A stretch of DNA of 64,000 nucleotides from Lama guanicoe (Eukaryota). The position numbers were made by a program, and so were the translations under genes. The notes below the pieces were generated by a model, which ran no database searches, had not been told where the DNA came from, and saw only the letters and a program-made list of their open reading frames with translations. Location of the stretch: positions 23,746,795-23,810,794 of the forward strand of contig MU054187.1 in NCBI GenBank assembly GCA_013239625.1, read 5' to 3'. Positions 38,446 through 51,880 of this stretch are shown one piece after another (within the stretch, counting starts at the first letter, position 1; each line of letters opens with the position of its first letter).

Positions 38446-38900
38446 TGTGGAAGGCCATATTTTCCAAAAATGGCATTGCAATATTTCTACTCCCACACGC
38501 CTTTCAGAGGTTTCCACTCCCTCATCAAGCTATGAAGTTTATTTCCTCTTCCTTTAAAAACTGGTAGGCCTTTATGATTGTTTTGATAAATAGAATGCAG
38601 CAGAAGTGACAGTGCGTATTTTCTGAGTTTAAGTGAAAAAGGACAATACAGCTTCACTCTGAAAGCTTCTCCTTCCTCTCTCTTCCCCTCTCTTTCTTTC
38701 TCTCTCTCTCTATCAAGAAACTTTTCCTTGGAACCCAGGCACCATGTTAGGAGGAAGCTCAGGCCACATGGAGAGGCTATGTGTTGTATTCTGGTTGACA
38801 GCCTGGCCAAAGCCCCAGCCAACAGCTAAAACCAACGTGCAAGACATATGAATGAACAAGCCTTCAGGTGATTCCAGATGCAGTTTTCATGATATATTAG
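38446..38900 (+). mobile_element. MaLR LTR (MLT1G/H-like), 3'-truncated
   Basis: 'ttgataaatagaatgcagcagaagtgacagtg', 'ggaacccaggcaccatgttaggaggaagctcaggccacatggagaggc'. Confidence 0.8.
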
Positions 38901-40384
38901 GTGACAACAATGAGCTTAGCATAGCTGTTACTCCACTACCCTGCCAATTAATAAACTCTCAATTATTATTTCCCTGGATAATTCCGTCTACTTCCTTAGT
39001 GGCCATTACCAATTCGTCTGCAAATTATATTCCAATTAAGTTTACATTTACATCATATTCTCGTTTTAATTTCAGATCCAAATATCCATCTACTTACATA
39101 ATCACTTTAAATTAAGTGTTTATGTTCTTTGATACCAACTAGATAATAAACCAAAGAAAAGGACAGTATCTACCTTTTTAAACTTTGAATTATCAGCACC
39201 AAACACAACTTCTAAAACAGTGTCAGATACATGGTAGGCAAAAAAAATTGACTTAATTTTTTAAAAATGGTAAATGCTAATAAAGAATTAATAATTTTTC
39301 CAAAAATGAATGCATTGTTATTTTTTACTCTTTTAGTTAAAAAATATATTTATTTGACATTCACTTACTTAACTAAAACTTCACTTATCAGAGGACTATT
39401 TTCTCAAGTGCTAAATCTGTAAATCGTGTGGGGAATATTAACTCTTTCATGACATCTTCAGTTTCTGCGTTTTTGTGTTTTTTTTTAAGAGACTAGGCCT
39501 TGGATTGGTTGGTATTTATAATGCATATATGTCCAGAAAGAAATAATGCTTTTACTAAAACATCCTAATGACGATATTAGCCAACATCTACATACTACCA
39601 ACATTCTAACTACATTATAAAATAACCACATTTAACTGTCACAACAATTTGATGAAGAAGATATTATTATGATGATGATAATGCCATTTTCAGCCATTAC
39701 TGTAATCTCAATGTGGGAGCTCCTCCAGGGGAAATTTTTGTGGACACATTTGGCTGCTTGTCGGAGTTCACTTAAATTCAAAATATTCCTAGTTGAAAAG
39801 ATTTACTCCTCATCACAAAGTCCCATTAGAAATGTACAAAAAATTTTAGTGCTTGTATTCTTGGAATCCGAAGAATGAATACAAAGCAGAATTCACTTTG
39901 AAATTAAAAAAAAAAAATTAAGGCCTGGCAACTCAGGAATAAAATTAAGGTGAAATGGAAATGAAAAACAAGAACTGGGGCTCTGCCAAATACCTTGTTT
40001 GCTCTTTGCATTTGAAAAGGATGAACAGAAGGGATTTGCTTCCACCCATTGCCCAGTAACCTGCACATGTTGCTTTACACATACACAAGAAAGACAATGG
40101 CACAGGTTAGGGTTAAAAGCATAGGAATAAAAAATTAGATCCAAGAGAAAAGAAATAAAGTTACAAATTCTCAACTATACTAAGTGACTTTTAAAAGTGC
40201 CCTAGGTATAATTTTTCTACAGTGAAATAACATTAAAATTGGGGGAATATTCCTTGAATTACATAGTCAATGTCTTTTAAAGAATTCAAAGTATTTGCAT
40301 AGGTTTTGATTTTATAAACATAGAGAAAAATACATCTAATCAGTCGATAATAAAGAACACAAGCAATAATGGAATTTGCTAGAA

Positions 40385-40676
40385 TAGTTCAGGATAGCTT
40401 TAGATTGACAGAAAAGTTGTGAAAATGGTAGAGTTCCAATTTACCCCATCCCCAAGTTTACTACTAGTAACATTGTACAGAGCATGATACATTTGTGACA
40501 ACTAATAAACCAATACTGATAAATTATTATTAACTAAAAGCTTTACTCAGATTACCTTAGTTCTTTTTCCCTAATGTGTCTTTTATTTCTGTTCTGGGAT
40601 CCCATGCAGCATATCACATTATACATAACCATCATGTCTCCTAAGACTTCTGTAGACTGTGAACATTTCTCAGATA
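40385..40676 (-). mobile_element. L1MC-like 3' end
   Basis: 'tttagattgacagaaaagttgtgaaaatggtagagttcc...gatacatttgtgacaactaataaaccaatactgata'. Confidence 0.75.
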
Positions 40677-41999
40677 ATAAAAAATGGAATGGCTAATAAC
40701 AAGACACAAAAATCCTTAAAAATATAATCAAATCAAATGCATCAATACATAAGAAAGGAGGTAATAAAAAGGAGATAGGTATTACACTTCGGAAATAGTC
40801 ATTTGGCTATAGCCGCTCTCAACCCGAACCACCCCCTTCCTTTAACTCTAGCTGAGAGCTTTTGCTATATTTGTAAGTCTTTAACTGTTGAACTCAAAGA
40901 TATTTAGTCTTAATATCCTCCTGATCTAATAATTGGCACATATTTTATCCATAAAAATGGATTGGAAAAAAGCATACTTGAATAGATATATATGTATCTG
41001 CAATGTACAATGAGATAATTAAGAATATATATTTATTTCAGTTGAAAAGATTTTCCTCTTTACTTAGAAGATTTGGAGTAAAATCAGATTATCTCAGTTA
41101 CATGTCTTTGAATTTAAATTGATAGCCAAATCTTTTATTTTCAAATTTATATCAATGTAAGATTAAGAATGAGTTCCATTTTGCCCCACTTATCTTGAAG
41201 TGACTCTCCTGCTTTGTGAGTTGGGCGCTGGGTTCCTGATTTTTTCACTTTCCTTTCTGAGAGTTGAAACTCTGTCCAATGAGCAAGCTGAGTGGAGGAT
41301 GATTAGAGTCTTAGTATTTGACCTGCTGTGCCTGGGATGGAGTCTTCACCCTCTGGGTGGAACTGAGTGGCAGAAGGGACTCCCCACCCACTCAGCTGCA
41401 TCAGCCTAGAATGCAACTTTTGCAACATGGAGCTTGGCTGATGAGAAATCGGGGCTGGGAAGAAAGTGAATCTTTGCTCAACTGCCCTCGACTCTTATTG
41501 TTCTTACTGAGATTTAGTACATATTCTTGAATAGGAATTTATTCACTAATAGTCTGCCCTAAGGAAATTTTTCAGAGACTTAATTTTTTTAAAATAACTT
41601 TACCAGTTATGGTTTTGCTGGAGACTGGGTCTACGGAGCTCCTCGTTGTGTCATTCCTATCCTATAATCCCCTATGCTCTTGAATAATTCCTTGATTTAA
41701 GCTTTCTTTCTCCCAGAATTTAACATTGCTGCACTTTTTTCTAACCCTGAAAGGTACAGTAAGTTAAGAGACCAACTTGGAACTGTTCCTTTCTCTTTTT
41801 TATATGAAGTTTTCCTGTACCTGGTTGCTCATACATCCTTTCTTTTCCTTGAAAGTTACTAACTCGTCAACATGTTAAGGGTGATTATTCTGTAGTACTG
41901 ACATTTAACAAAGTGGGCCACTTCCTTTCAAAAATTCCACATTCCCATTGTTTTATCTGTGAGTGTGGAAGTTCTTATTTTGTTTTAGTCATTCTTCTA

Positions 42000-43340
42000 T
42001 TGAGTAACTGCTACATGCTTGGCACTGGGCAGGTAATTTCTTGGAGAGATAAATAATAAAACGGTATTAGGATGCTGTAAAAATGCCACTTGAGAGAAGA
42101 AAAGTAAGAAACAACGCTAGGAAGAGGTTGTATTCTTGTGGAAGGATAAAGGATAAGTAACAAACTGTTCATACCACAAGGAAAGTCATATTCTAAGTCA
42201 AGCCAAGAATGAACGTGCAAGGTCTGGGTCAAGGGAACACTGGAGTATGCTAAAACAGAAGAGAGGCTGATAAGGCTGGGCACACCGATGTAGGGGAACA
42301 GACGTGTAAGGGAATGTCAGACAGGTAGTCTGGGATAATAATTTAGATGGGTTGACAGACTATATCCCACAGGCCAAATCTAGCCTCCGATCTGATTTTG
42401 GATGAGTTAAGAAATGTTTTGCTTTTTTTTTTTTAAGTTTTTAAATTTCTGGGGAAAAAAATCAAAAGAAGAAAAATATGATATAAAAATGATATGACAT
42501 TCAAATTTCAGTGTTGTAATTAAAATTTTATCAGAACACAGTCCTGCTCGTTGTTTCCATATTGTCTGCGACGCTTTTGCGCTGCAACGGCACGACACCG
42601 GAAGTTGCAAAGCCTAGATGTTGTACTGTTTGGCTCTTTACAGAAAATGGTTTGGTGACCCTTGATTTAGGGCATTTTCTAGTCAGTACAGTGAATGGGT
42701 TTAACTTGAAGTTCAGCAGGAAGTTCTAAGAGGCCTTTAAGCAGGGGAGCAGCAATCTGATTTGTTCATGTGAAAAATGGATTGCATTTGGGTAAACTGG
42801 GGAAAGTACACAGGTGCAGAAAGACTAATTAGGGGGTTAATGCAGCAGCGGAGCAATCCAAATGGGAGACGACAGCGATTTATACCTGTCGGGCTATGGA
42901 AGGGGAGCTGAATCGAAATAGACAGAGATTTCAGATGTGCTGGAGATAGAACCCATGAAACTGAAGACAGATTCGGTGCAAGTGGATGAAAGAACATCAG
43001 AGATGAACCTCGACTTGGGTTGAAGTAACCAGACGAATAGCGGTTCACCTGGTTAATTGTTAACAGGAGACATCCAGGAGAGGGCATTGCTTTGGTTTGA
43101 GTAGTCAGTAAGGAGAAAACAAGAGTTTTGATCTGAACAAATATGTATTAAGGCCCTGAGGTGGAAATATTAAGTAGGCAGTTGGGTTACATGAGTTTAG
43201 TTTAGAGGGGAATGATTCGGGCTTAAGACATGGATATGTGAGTCGGTAGCACAGGAATAGTGTTTGAAATTATGAGACTAAATGAGCTCATCTGTGAGGA
43301 GAAAGCATCACAGACGAGAAGGCTCAGGATCAGCCCCTGA
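42000..43340 (-). mobile_element. L2 fragment, interrupted by MER58
   Basis: 'tattgagtaactgctacatgcttggcactggg' antisense 3' end; body motifs 'gtggaaatattaagtaggcagttgg'. Confidence 0.7.
42349..42664 (+). mobile_element. MER58B-like hAT MITE (Charlie1 derivative)
   Basis: Ends 'gggttgacagac' and 'gtttggtgacccttg'; imperfect 8-bp TSD atttagat/atttaggg; homologous to 3050-3320. Confidence 0.85.
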
Positions 43341-43377
43341 AGTGAGTCAGACTGGGAAGCAGGCCGGTCCCCAAGGC

Positions 43378-43900
43378 GTCACCCCGAATCACCCATTTAC
43401 CAAATTTATTCATTTCTCTGAAGTATTTAAGTTTACTGATTTTGATTTACCTTGCATTCATCACTGCATTTTAAGAAATGTTTACTTTTTTCCTGCCCCA
43501 TCTTCCTGCTGCTCTAGTCGGAGAGTAAGGGGCAGAGAGAGGGGAGACAAAGGGACGAAGGGAGGTTTGGGAAGTGAGAGATACGTAGCCTCCCCTTGAG
43601 AAGGGGATGTGGTGTCCTTGGGGGAAAGTCATTTCAGCCTAGATAAGAAAAACTGAAACAAGTTCAAATACAAGATTGTTGATATAGAGGATTTGCTAGC
43701 TCAGACCTACGGAACCTGAGGGCACAGAACAAGGAAGGAAGGTTTAGAGAGAGAATAAAGTCCCCTGATTGATAATGAAAGTTCCAGTGAAAGTAGATGC
43801 CCGGAAAACCTGAGGCTTCTAACCTTGCCAGAAATAAACCCGGATGCCGGTGTTCATCCTGAGAAGTCAGGCAGATGAGGGTGATTCATTCAAGCCATAT
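43378..43900. mobile_element. Possible ancient LTR (family not identified)
   Basis: AT-rich start followed by purine-rich body, resembling old mammalian Gypsy/ERVL-type LTRs; no TSD found. Confidence 0.3.
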
Positions 43901-44877
43901 TTTTAATAATGAGCTTGGTTGAAAGGGTCCCTTTACAACTGGCTGCTTGGAAAGGACCGCTTCTTCCTTTGCGTCTCAATAGTGTGGTCTTTTGGGAGTA
44001 GAAACACTGAAAAGCACAAAGTATGGAGTGTCCTGTCTGTTCCTCAGAAGGACCTGGTAGGGTTGATTATGGTGTTGGGGGTCATTTTTTATGTTTGTTA
44101 TATTCTTTTCCTGATTAAAAAAAAAAAGACAAAACAAATCTCTCAGCATCGGCCTCGTGCTACTTCCTTTCTGCTTATTACTCGCTCTTAAAATGAGACG
44201 TGGAAGTAAGAAAGGACAAGCAGCGACCTCAGTGTGCGAGTCTGGAGGGAAGCAGTTTCTAAAGAGGCCTTCCATAATGATCAGCACTTCCTCCTTCAGA
44301 AAAAAAATCAGTCGGTGAATCCCCACGGGTCAGATTCTTTTTGTGACACTGCTCACCTGATTCTAAATAGCGATTGCCTGGGTGACGGCCGGTTCCCTTG
44401 TCCCCTCACCTGAGCTTTTTCAGGTAGTTTTTCTCTGACTAGGAGGATGGGTCGTGGGAAGTAGAGCTAGCTTGCATGGCATTTCTCCTTTAGCTCTGCG
44501 CCTCTGCTGGAATTTGGCTTTTTCAAGGATGTCTCTTCCCTTAGAATCATTATTCCAAGTGCAAAATGTTCCTGTATTTTTCACTTACTTTTGATAACAT
44601 CTATCCCTTAAATGAGGTCTGGGGAGGTGTTTGTCAGAAGGAAGACTCACATTGCCTCTCTTATTCCACATCTATTATATCTTATATTTTCCCCAATGTT
44701 CATCTAACTTTACGAATGTGTGAGACATTTTTCATTGTTTTTGATTTGGTGACAAAGGTCTTTCCTCATTCTTATCTTCTTGATTACTTTTATTGTATTT
44801 GGTGAGTTGCCTTAGTGTGTAGACTAAAAATATCCTAATTTGCCATCTGATGCCAGGAATTCTAAGAGGAGAGGGGC

Positions 44878-45130
44878 AGTACAGGCTGACAAGAAAGAAA
44901 GTCTAGAGACAAACTGGCTGGGTCTGAATCCTGCCTGCCACTCTTATTAGCTTTGCAGCTTCAGAAACCAATTTATGTAATCTATCTTTGCCTCAGTTTC
45001 TTCTTACCTGTACAACAAGGACAATAAAAATATTTCTAAGACTGAATAAGTGTATATAAGGCATTTAAAACAGCACCTGGCATATGAGAAGTACCGCATC
45101 ATTGTCAAGTATCATATTATTATAAGTATT
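44878..45130 (+). mobile_element. MIR SINE
   Basis: 'ctgggtctgaatcctgcctgccactcttattagct...ttgcctcagtttcttcttacctgtacaa...aacagcacctggcatat'. Confidence 0.85.
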
Positions 45131-46112
45131 GTTGTAATTATTATACTTTATAATTAGTTCTTTAGTGATATCATTCGTCTTTAGTTTTCTATTTTGGTTG
45201 AGTGTTTCAGCTTATCTAAAGGAACTATAGTCTTTAAGGTCAAGCAGCCATAACTTACTCCCCTTTTCACTTTCCATAATATTTGCTATAATATGTTTCA
45301 TATTGTCAGCAATCCACAAATGCTTGTTTATTAAAATGAATTGTGAGTCTATGACAGCTTAAGTTTACTGGATATCTGGTCATATATGTATTTAAAGGTC
45401 TGGTCCTTCTTCTTTGCAGATCTGGTAATTTTGCTCTTTAAGCCTTTTGAAACTTAAGACATAGGAAGAAATATACAGATACAATAAAATTGAAAATCAT
45501 TAGCCTTTTATTTTCCTTCTGACGTAGTCTAGGTATGAAAATACGCATCACAAGTATAAACTTCAAAGCCTAGCCAGACTTGTTTACTAACATTTTTATA
45601 AAAGAAAAATGTTTGAATTTCACCCCTCCTAATAGAAGTGGCTTCACAGAGATTTGTCAGTTAGAAAATCATCAGATAAAGTGAAAGTGAGTGAATTATA
45701 CCACTTTTGTTCTAAAAGAATTAGCTTTCAGCTATTTCAGATTGTCTCTGTGCCTTCAAAAAAAATCAAGTAACTCTTCTAATAAGTATATATGCCATCA
45801 ATATTCAGCAACAGTACAGTTCAAGGTCAAATTTTTCTTGACAGATAAGGCACTGAATTTGAAATCTTGGAAATCTTATAAAAGTAGCTTTTGAGATTAT
45901 TCTTGCTGCTTATCTACAGATAGTGACTGGTTGTCCCCAAAATAGAACTTCATTAGAGACAAACAAATGGGCTTCATTTTGCTTACCACTACACAGAGCT
46001 TAATACAATGTGATTTATGCATGACTAAAATGAGAATTATAGATACTATGCCAAAGTCTGAGTGTAAGAATATGTTACTTTTTTGCCTACAGGAAGACGT
46101 TTATCTATATGC

Positions 46113-46532
46113 TGTTGTGGGTTGAATTGTGTTCGCTAAAAGTTTACATATTGAAAACCTAGCCCCTGGCACCTCAAAATATGACTTTGTTTGGAAGCAG
46201 GGTCATCGCAGATATGATTGGTTAAGATAAAGTCCTACTAGAAAAAGGAAGGCCTGACATGTCTGGGGTTCTTATAAAAAGAGGACTTCTGAACACAGAC
46301 ACACACACAGGAAGAACACTCTGCGAAGACTGGAGTTAAAACCAAGGGAGTACCAAAAGTGAGGGGACAGCCTGGGGACAGATCCTCCCCTAAAGCCTGC
46401 GGAGGAAGGGTGGCCTGCACACATCTTCGTCTGGAACTTCAAGTCTCCAGAGTTGTCAGACAACGCATGTCTATGGTTTTAAGCCACTTAATTCATGGTA
46501 CTTTGTTGTATCATCTGTAGCAAACTAACACC
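46113..46532 (+). mobile_element. MaLR LTR (MLT1B/C-like)
   Basis: 'tgttgtgggttgaattgtgttc...ttttaagccacttaattcatggtactttgtt...agcaaactaaca'. Confidence 0.9.
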
Positions 46533-49500
46533 CATGTGACATGGAACTACACAGTGAGCTCCAGGATCCTTAATACGCTTTACATGTTATTGTGGCGGCA
46601 AAAAAGTTACTGCTGTTTGGCTCCTGCAAGACTAATGGCCTTAAGCGCTGCTATCAGGTGCACTCAAGTCCAAGTGGTGAGTCAGCAGCCAGAGTCTTGT
46701 TAACCAACATCTCAAGCAAAGCCCCAGGTTGGCCACATCTCCGGAGGAAATGCGCTTTTGTTACCTACATCATTGTTTGAGAGAAGCTTTTCTCCAGCAG
46801 CTTCCCCTTAAAGCATTTTGCCATCTTTTGTGCTTCTTTTACTTCTTGCTCGGTTGTATTTGTTCTCTGGGAAATATTTATACCCCAAAAAAGTCAAACA
46901 AAAAGTTATTTTAAAGAATTAAAAGCAACAACTTTCATGTTGTATTTTATATTTAAAAGGCCCTTAAAATAATCCATTCTGACAATTTGAGGCAATGCTA
47001 GGAAAAAGAAGAATCCACCTCAAATCTGTGTAAGTGAATTTTCCTTTTGTTTTCCCATCAGAAAATGAATATATACATAGGTATGTTCGTCAGTGAACAT
47101 ATATATTCATTAATAATCATGTGTATGATAATATTATTTTTTGTACAATTATAATACAGCCTTGTGAAGTGTTAGTTTAATAAAAAGTCTTACAATGTCT
47201 TTGGGTCAAAAGAATAGCTGTTCAATATACAAGCCTATTTGAAGTGGAGTCTCCACATTTGAAAGATGCTGCAATCTGGGTTTCTAACCGTCGCGGTTCC
47301 CAGTATCATTCATTTTGAGCTACAGTTACTTGCATCTGGGGTCTTGCTGCTCCACATTTCGAATGCTCTTGAGATCAAGTACTCACTGAGAAATAAAGCA
47401 AAAAAGAAAAAAATCCTTTCTTGTAGTGGGACCAACTGTGACTGAGATCCACTTCAGAGTCGCTAGCAAATATTTCACAGGAGAAATGGAAAGCCAGGAA
47501 GTAAACTTGAAATAACTGGTTCATACCGAAGTCAAGTTCAATGAAGGAAAATTGCCTTTCTTGTGAAAAAACTGCTACACGGCTCTAAAAAGAAGAGCGA
47601 AAATATAAGCATTCGCTTAAAAGGTTCTTTTTAATTCTGAGCGGTTTTCTTTCATTCAGTTCTGGATCTTTCTTTAAGTACTAGGACAGTCAGTTTTACA
47701 AAGCAAATGGGTTTGCAATGAACTCTTTGCTAACTAGTAGCTACAAGAGACACGCTCTGGAATTTGTTAAGAGAAGACAGTACGCTGAGGTTCCTCATTG
47801 GGCAGTGTGAAACAGAGGTCCTGAAGTTAGAAAAGTTGAGTTATCCAAAAATGCATCAGGGCAGGTGTGTGGGGTAATGTGTGGAATGATTGTAAAGAGC
47901 ACCAGGATCTCTTAACGATCATGAAAGTATAGATCAACGTTTTTCCCTTTCGGTTCTCATCTAGACTAATGGATATTCTAAAACCTCAGCAAATGGTTTT
48001 TGATATCATAAATTTCAATCTGTTACACACATATTATGGTAGAATTGTACTATATAACTTTATTCTGGTCCAGTATATAAGTCGAATAACACGTATACAT
48101 TGAAAACTGCTACTGGGATCACAACTGCAAATTATCTCTAGTTATGGAGGAAAAAAGGCAGTATTGATGCTAAAAATCCAGAAAAATTTTAGAAAGTATA
48201 ATTTAATCCATAATCTCCCTCCATCTTCTAAACCTCTTTGGCCAGAGTTGCTAAATAGAAAATAATTGACTAATTTGAGTTTTTATTCTAGCCTTCTCCA
48301 ACTTTTGGTAAACCATCTGAAAAACTAAAATCACTAAAATTGTTGACAGCAGAATGGCAAAAATTTAAGCATAGGCATGTATAGGTTAATTGACTAATTG
48401 AGCCAATTCTTGCAAAAGGTTGTTCTAATAAGATTTGATAAAGTTTATATGAATTATTTCATTAATGTGTTCTCATAATTTTGTTAATTGATATGAAAAC
48501 CTTAGGCACTGGTTTATCTGTGAAATGCCTAATTATCTGTGGTATAACTGAGAGTTGGAGATGGTAAAATAAAACACTCATTATTGAATCATTTGCATTT
48601 CAAAAATATTTGGCTGAAGCGAGAGAGAATAATTCTTTACAAGCCTGAATTCTTCTTTTTCTTGTTACACTGTTTTGTTTTCCCTTTCTGTGCTGTGTCT
48701 TCCTTATCTTCCACTTCCTTACCCTTCTCGTGGTTTACCATGTTTATTTTCCTATTATGTAGTAAGTGTTATGTAAATAGCCAGAGAATGAAGCTGGTTT
48801 CTTCTGTTGCCAGTTCACAGTCTAGAAAGTCTTTGAAAGTGCTCTCTTTCAAAGGAAATTATTTTCTTTAAAAAGTAATGAGAATTCGGAGGCAAAAATT
48901 TCCCTAAGGAGCATGGAACATTTAAACATTTCCTTTAGTTTATAATTGTCCATCCATGCACAAGAATGTCTGTGCTCTTCTTCGTTGACCCCCTTTCAGA
49001 TTGATTTTTGGAAGTAGTTGAACAGTCTAGCATTTAATTCTTACAAATTTGCCAGGGTGCCAGCTGTGCACAGCCTGCATGCAATGATTACTTTTTAGCT
49101 GCTTAATGCAGTCGCATTTTGAAGAATAGTTTTTTTTTTAAGTAAGAGTAAAAAATAATCTCTTAAATTAAACTTAGATATTTCAAAATGATTCTACAAA
49201 AAAACTGTTATAGACATCATTCTAATAGTGTTTCCATAAGCTGAGAGAGAAGCGTTAGTGATCTTTCTATCATTTTGATCCCCATTTCCTTCACATATGC
49301 TTTTACAACACTGTTCTTTTTTCACAGTATAATTCCTAGTGGAGGAAACAAAGACACTTATATTAAGTTTTCCCATGTACTCTTTTCAGTGTACAAAATT
49401 CATATTTCATTTCATAATAGTATTCTGAAAATTATTAATATGAATAGTGATCAGCTTCAAGATACCATAGTTATTACAAGTTTGAAATAGATTATTTTCC

Positions 49501-50299
49501 TTTCACATATGTGAATACAGATTTAATATAACAAAATTGAATTGATAAATTAGGAGTATTATGCTCAATGAACGATTCTCAATTCACAATTTAGACCAGT
49601 TGAAATTTGTCATTCTTTTATAATGTATGTTTTATGTTTTGTAGGCTATTTTAAATTATTATTCATTATAATGAGCCAATAAATTGTTTTCTTCAACATG
49701 GTGTGCATGAAGGGTTATGCAATTTAATTGTTTGGACATAAATTGTTTATGTTAGAGGGCTCACAGAATTATTTTTGAACTCCTGGCCTTTACAGATTCT
49801 ATTCAAGTGTCACAAATCATAGTCTTAGAGTTAAAAAAACCCAAAAAACAAAGAACCTCTAAGAGCATTGTTTTAATCTCATAACGGGGATAAAATTAAC
49901 AAGCCGAATGATGAACAATTAATTTGTCACCTTCAGGCTAGGAATTCTGTTTCCTTATTTCCCATGTATCATCCCGTCTTTTCCTCCAAGATTATGCATG
50001 TTCAAATGCCAAATCAAAAGGCACAATTTCTCAAATAATAAAGTGCATTTTTAGGTCTTTTATCTCCATTCAAATCCCAATTTTAATAACTGCTTTTCCT
50101 TCTTTTCCCCCCTCTTTGTACCCTCACTTATTCCTTGTGAAATGATGGCAATTGTTATGCTATTATCTTATGAAATTATATCATAAAATAGCAATAATTA
50201 ATGTAACTTTCATAAGAAGAAGCTTTCTGTTAAAAAAAAAAATCTGTGAACCAGGACTGTGTAAAGAACACGGTAAACTATCTGAAGCATTCCATTTCC

Positions 50300-50730
50300 A
50301 TTTTTTAAATCACATTTAGACAGGTATAATTTGCATGCAATAGACTTTAAATATTTACAGTGTATACAATTTAATAACTTGTGAGATATGATTTCACCCA
50401 GGATGCCATCACCACGGTCAAGACAACGAACACCTTCATCTCCTCCATAAGATTCCCATGCCTCTCGATAGTCCAGCTCCTGCCTGTCTCCTCATTTTTC
50501 TTGAAACAACTGATCTGCTTTCTCTCACAATAGATTCGTTGCCATTTTCAGAATTTCCTATTACCAAAATCATATAATATGTAGTCTTTTCTTTGTCTTT
50601 TTTTAAATTATTCCACAATATTATTTTTAGGTTCATCCATGTTACTACATTTATCAGTAACTCATTCTCTGTATTGTTGAGCAGTATCTGTTTTGTGAAT
50701 AGACCATACTTACCTTTTCACCAGTTGCTT
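50300..50730 (-). mobile_element. L1MB-like 3' end
   Basis: 'gaaacaactgatctgctttctctcacaatagattcgttgccattttcagaatttc...ttttaggttcatccatgtt'. Confidence 0.8.
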
Positions 50731-51289
50731 GGCATCCTCCCCAATCCCCAGCTACTCTTCTCCCATTTTTTTTTCCCTCAACTTGTGCAACATTTTATAA
50801 CCTTTTGAATGGTATTGAGGTCCTATTTCTCAAAATGGGTTTTCATTTTTTTTTTGGTGTCTCTTTTTATTTACAGTCAGAAGATAGGCGTTAGAAAGTT
50901 ATTTGAAAGACGTACTTGATATTTAAGTATTTTCATTTATACGTATTTTATATAATGTTAATTTAAGGGATCAGTTACTCAATAATTGTTTATTACTACA
51001 ACAAAGCACACACAAAAATTGAGAAGAAACAATTTGAAATAATTAAGCTGGCAATGTGAATGTGGAGAAAAGGAAGACAGGATATTCTTTCAAAGTGTTT
51101 TTCTCTTAAGGAGCAGTGAAACTCAGTCATACCTAGAAGAAGCCTGAGGTGAGGAGAGCTTACTCTTTTCAACATTGCTGATATTTGATCCATAAAAAGA
51201 GAAAAAATGGATAATATTGGTCATAAAAGAGAAAATTCAGGAGCAACATCTTTGAGAAAGTAAGAGCTTTTTAGATGGTTCACAACTCA

Positions 51290-51800
51290 TGATATATAAA
51301 TAACTTGGGGCAACTCTCATTTTTCCAATTAGTAATATATGTTAGTATTTTTTTTTACTTAAATTATTTATACATAATGTCTTTTTAATGGAGACATAAT
51401 TTTCTAGCACAGTGACTTACCAAAAGTTACTTAACCAGTTCTCTATGAATATACATTTTTCTTTGCTTTGTTTTTGTTTAGTTTTTACCAAAAAAAATGC
51501 TCTAATTGAAATCTTTATGTTCTATAGGGTACATTTCTACAAATGAATTGTGAGATAGGATATTATTCAAACGTAAAATCATAGGTATATAGTGTCAAAT
51601 TCCATCAAATTATTGCACTCCAAACTTTTACCAAAAGTATATGAGATTTTATATTTTTCCACACCCTTTTCAATATCAAATATTATCAATTGTAGCTTTC
51701 AAAACTAAATAGTGAAAACAAATCTTGTTTTTTATTATATTTGGAATTTTCCAAATAAAATTGTAATAACTTTTAATACATGTTAGAATGCATTCTTAGT
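51290..51800 (-). mobile_element. Highly decayed L1ME-like fragment
   Basis: 'agtatatgagattttatatttttccacaccctttcaatatcaaatattatcaa' motif; T-rich. Confidence 0.5.
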
Positions 51801-51880
51801 GAAAAAGCAAAGGAAAAAGTTAAAAGAAAGCATTTTGACTTTTCAAACCAAAGTAACTTAGATTAGTGAAAAAAACAGTA

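Noticed and set aside
47330..47385. Matrix metalloproteinase exon
   Set aside because: Only a short motif resemblance; no PRCG or HEXGH exons anywhere in the window
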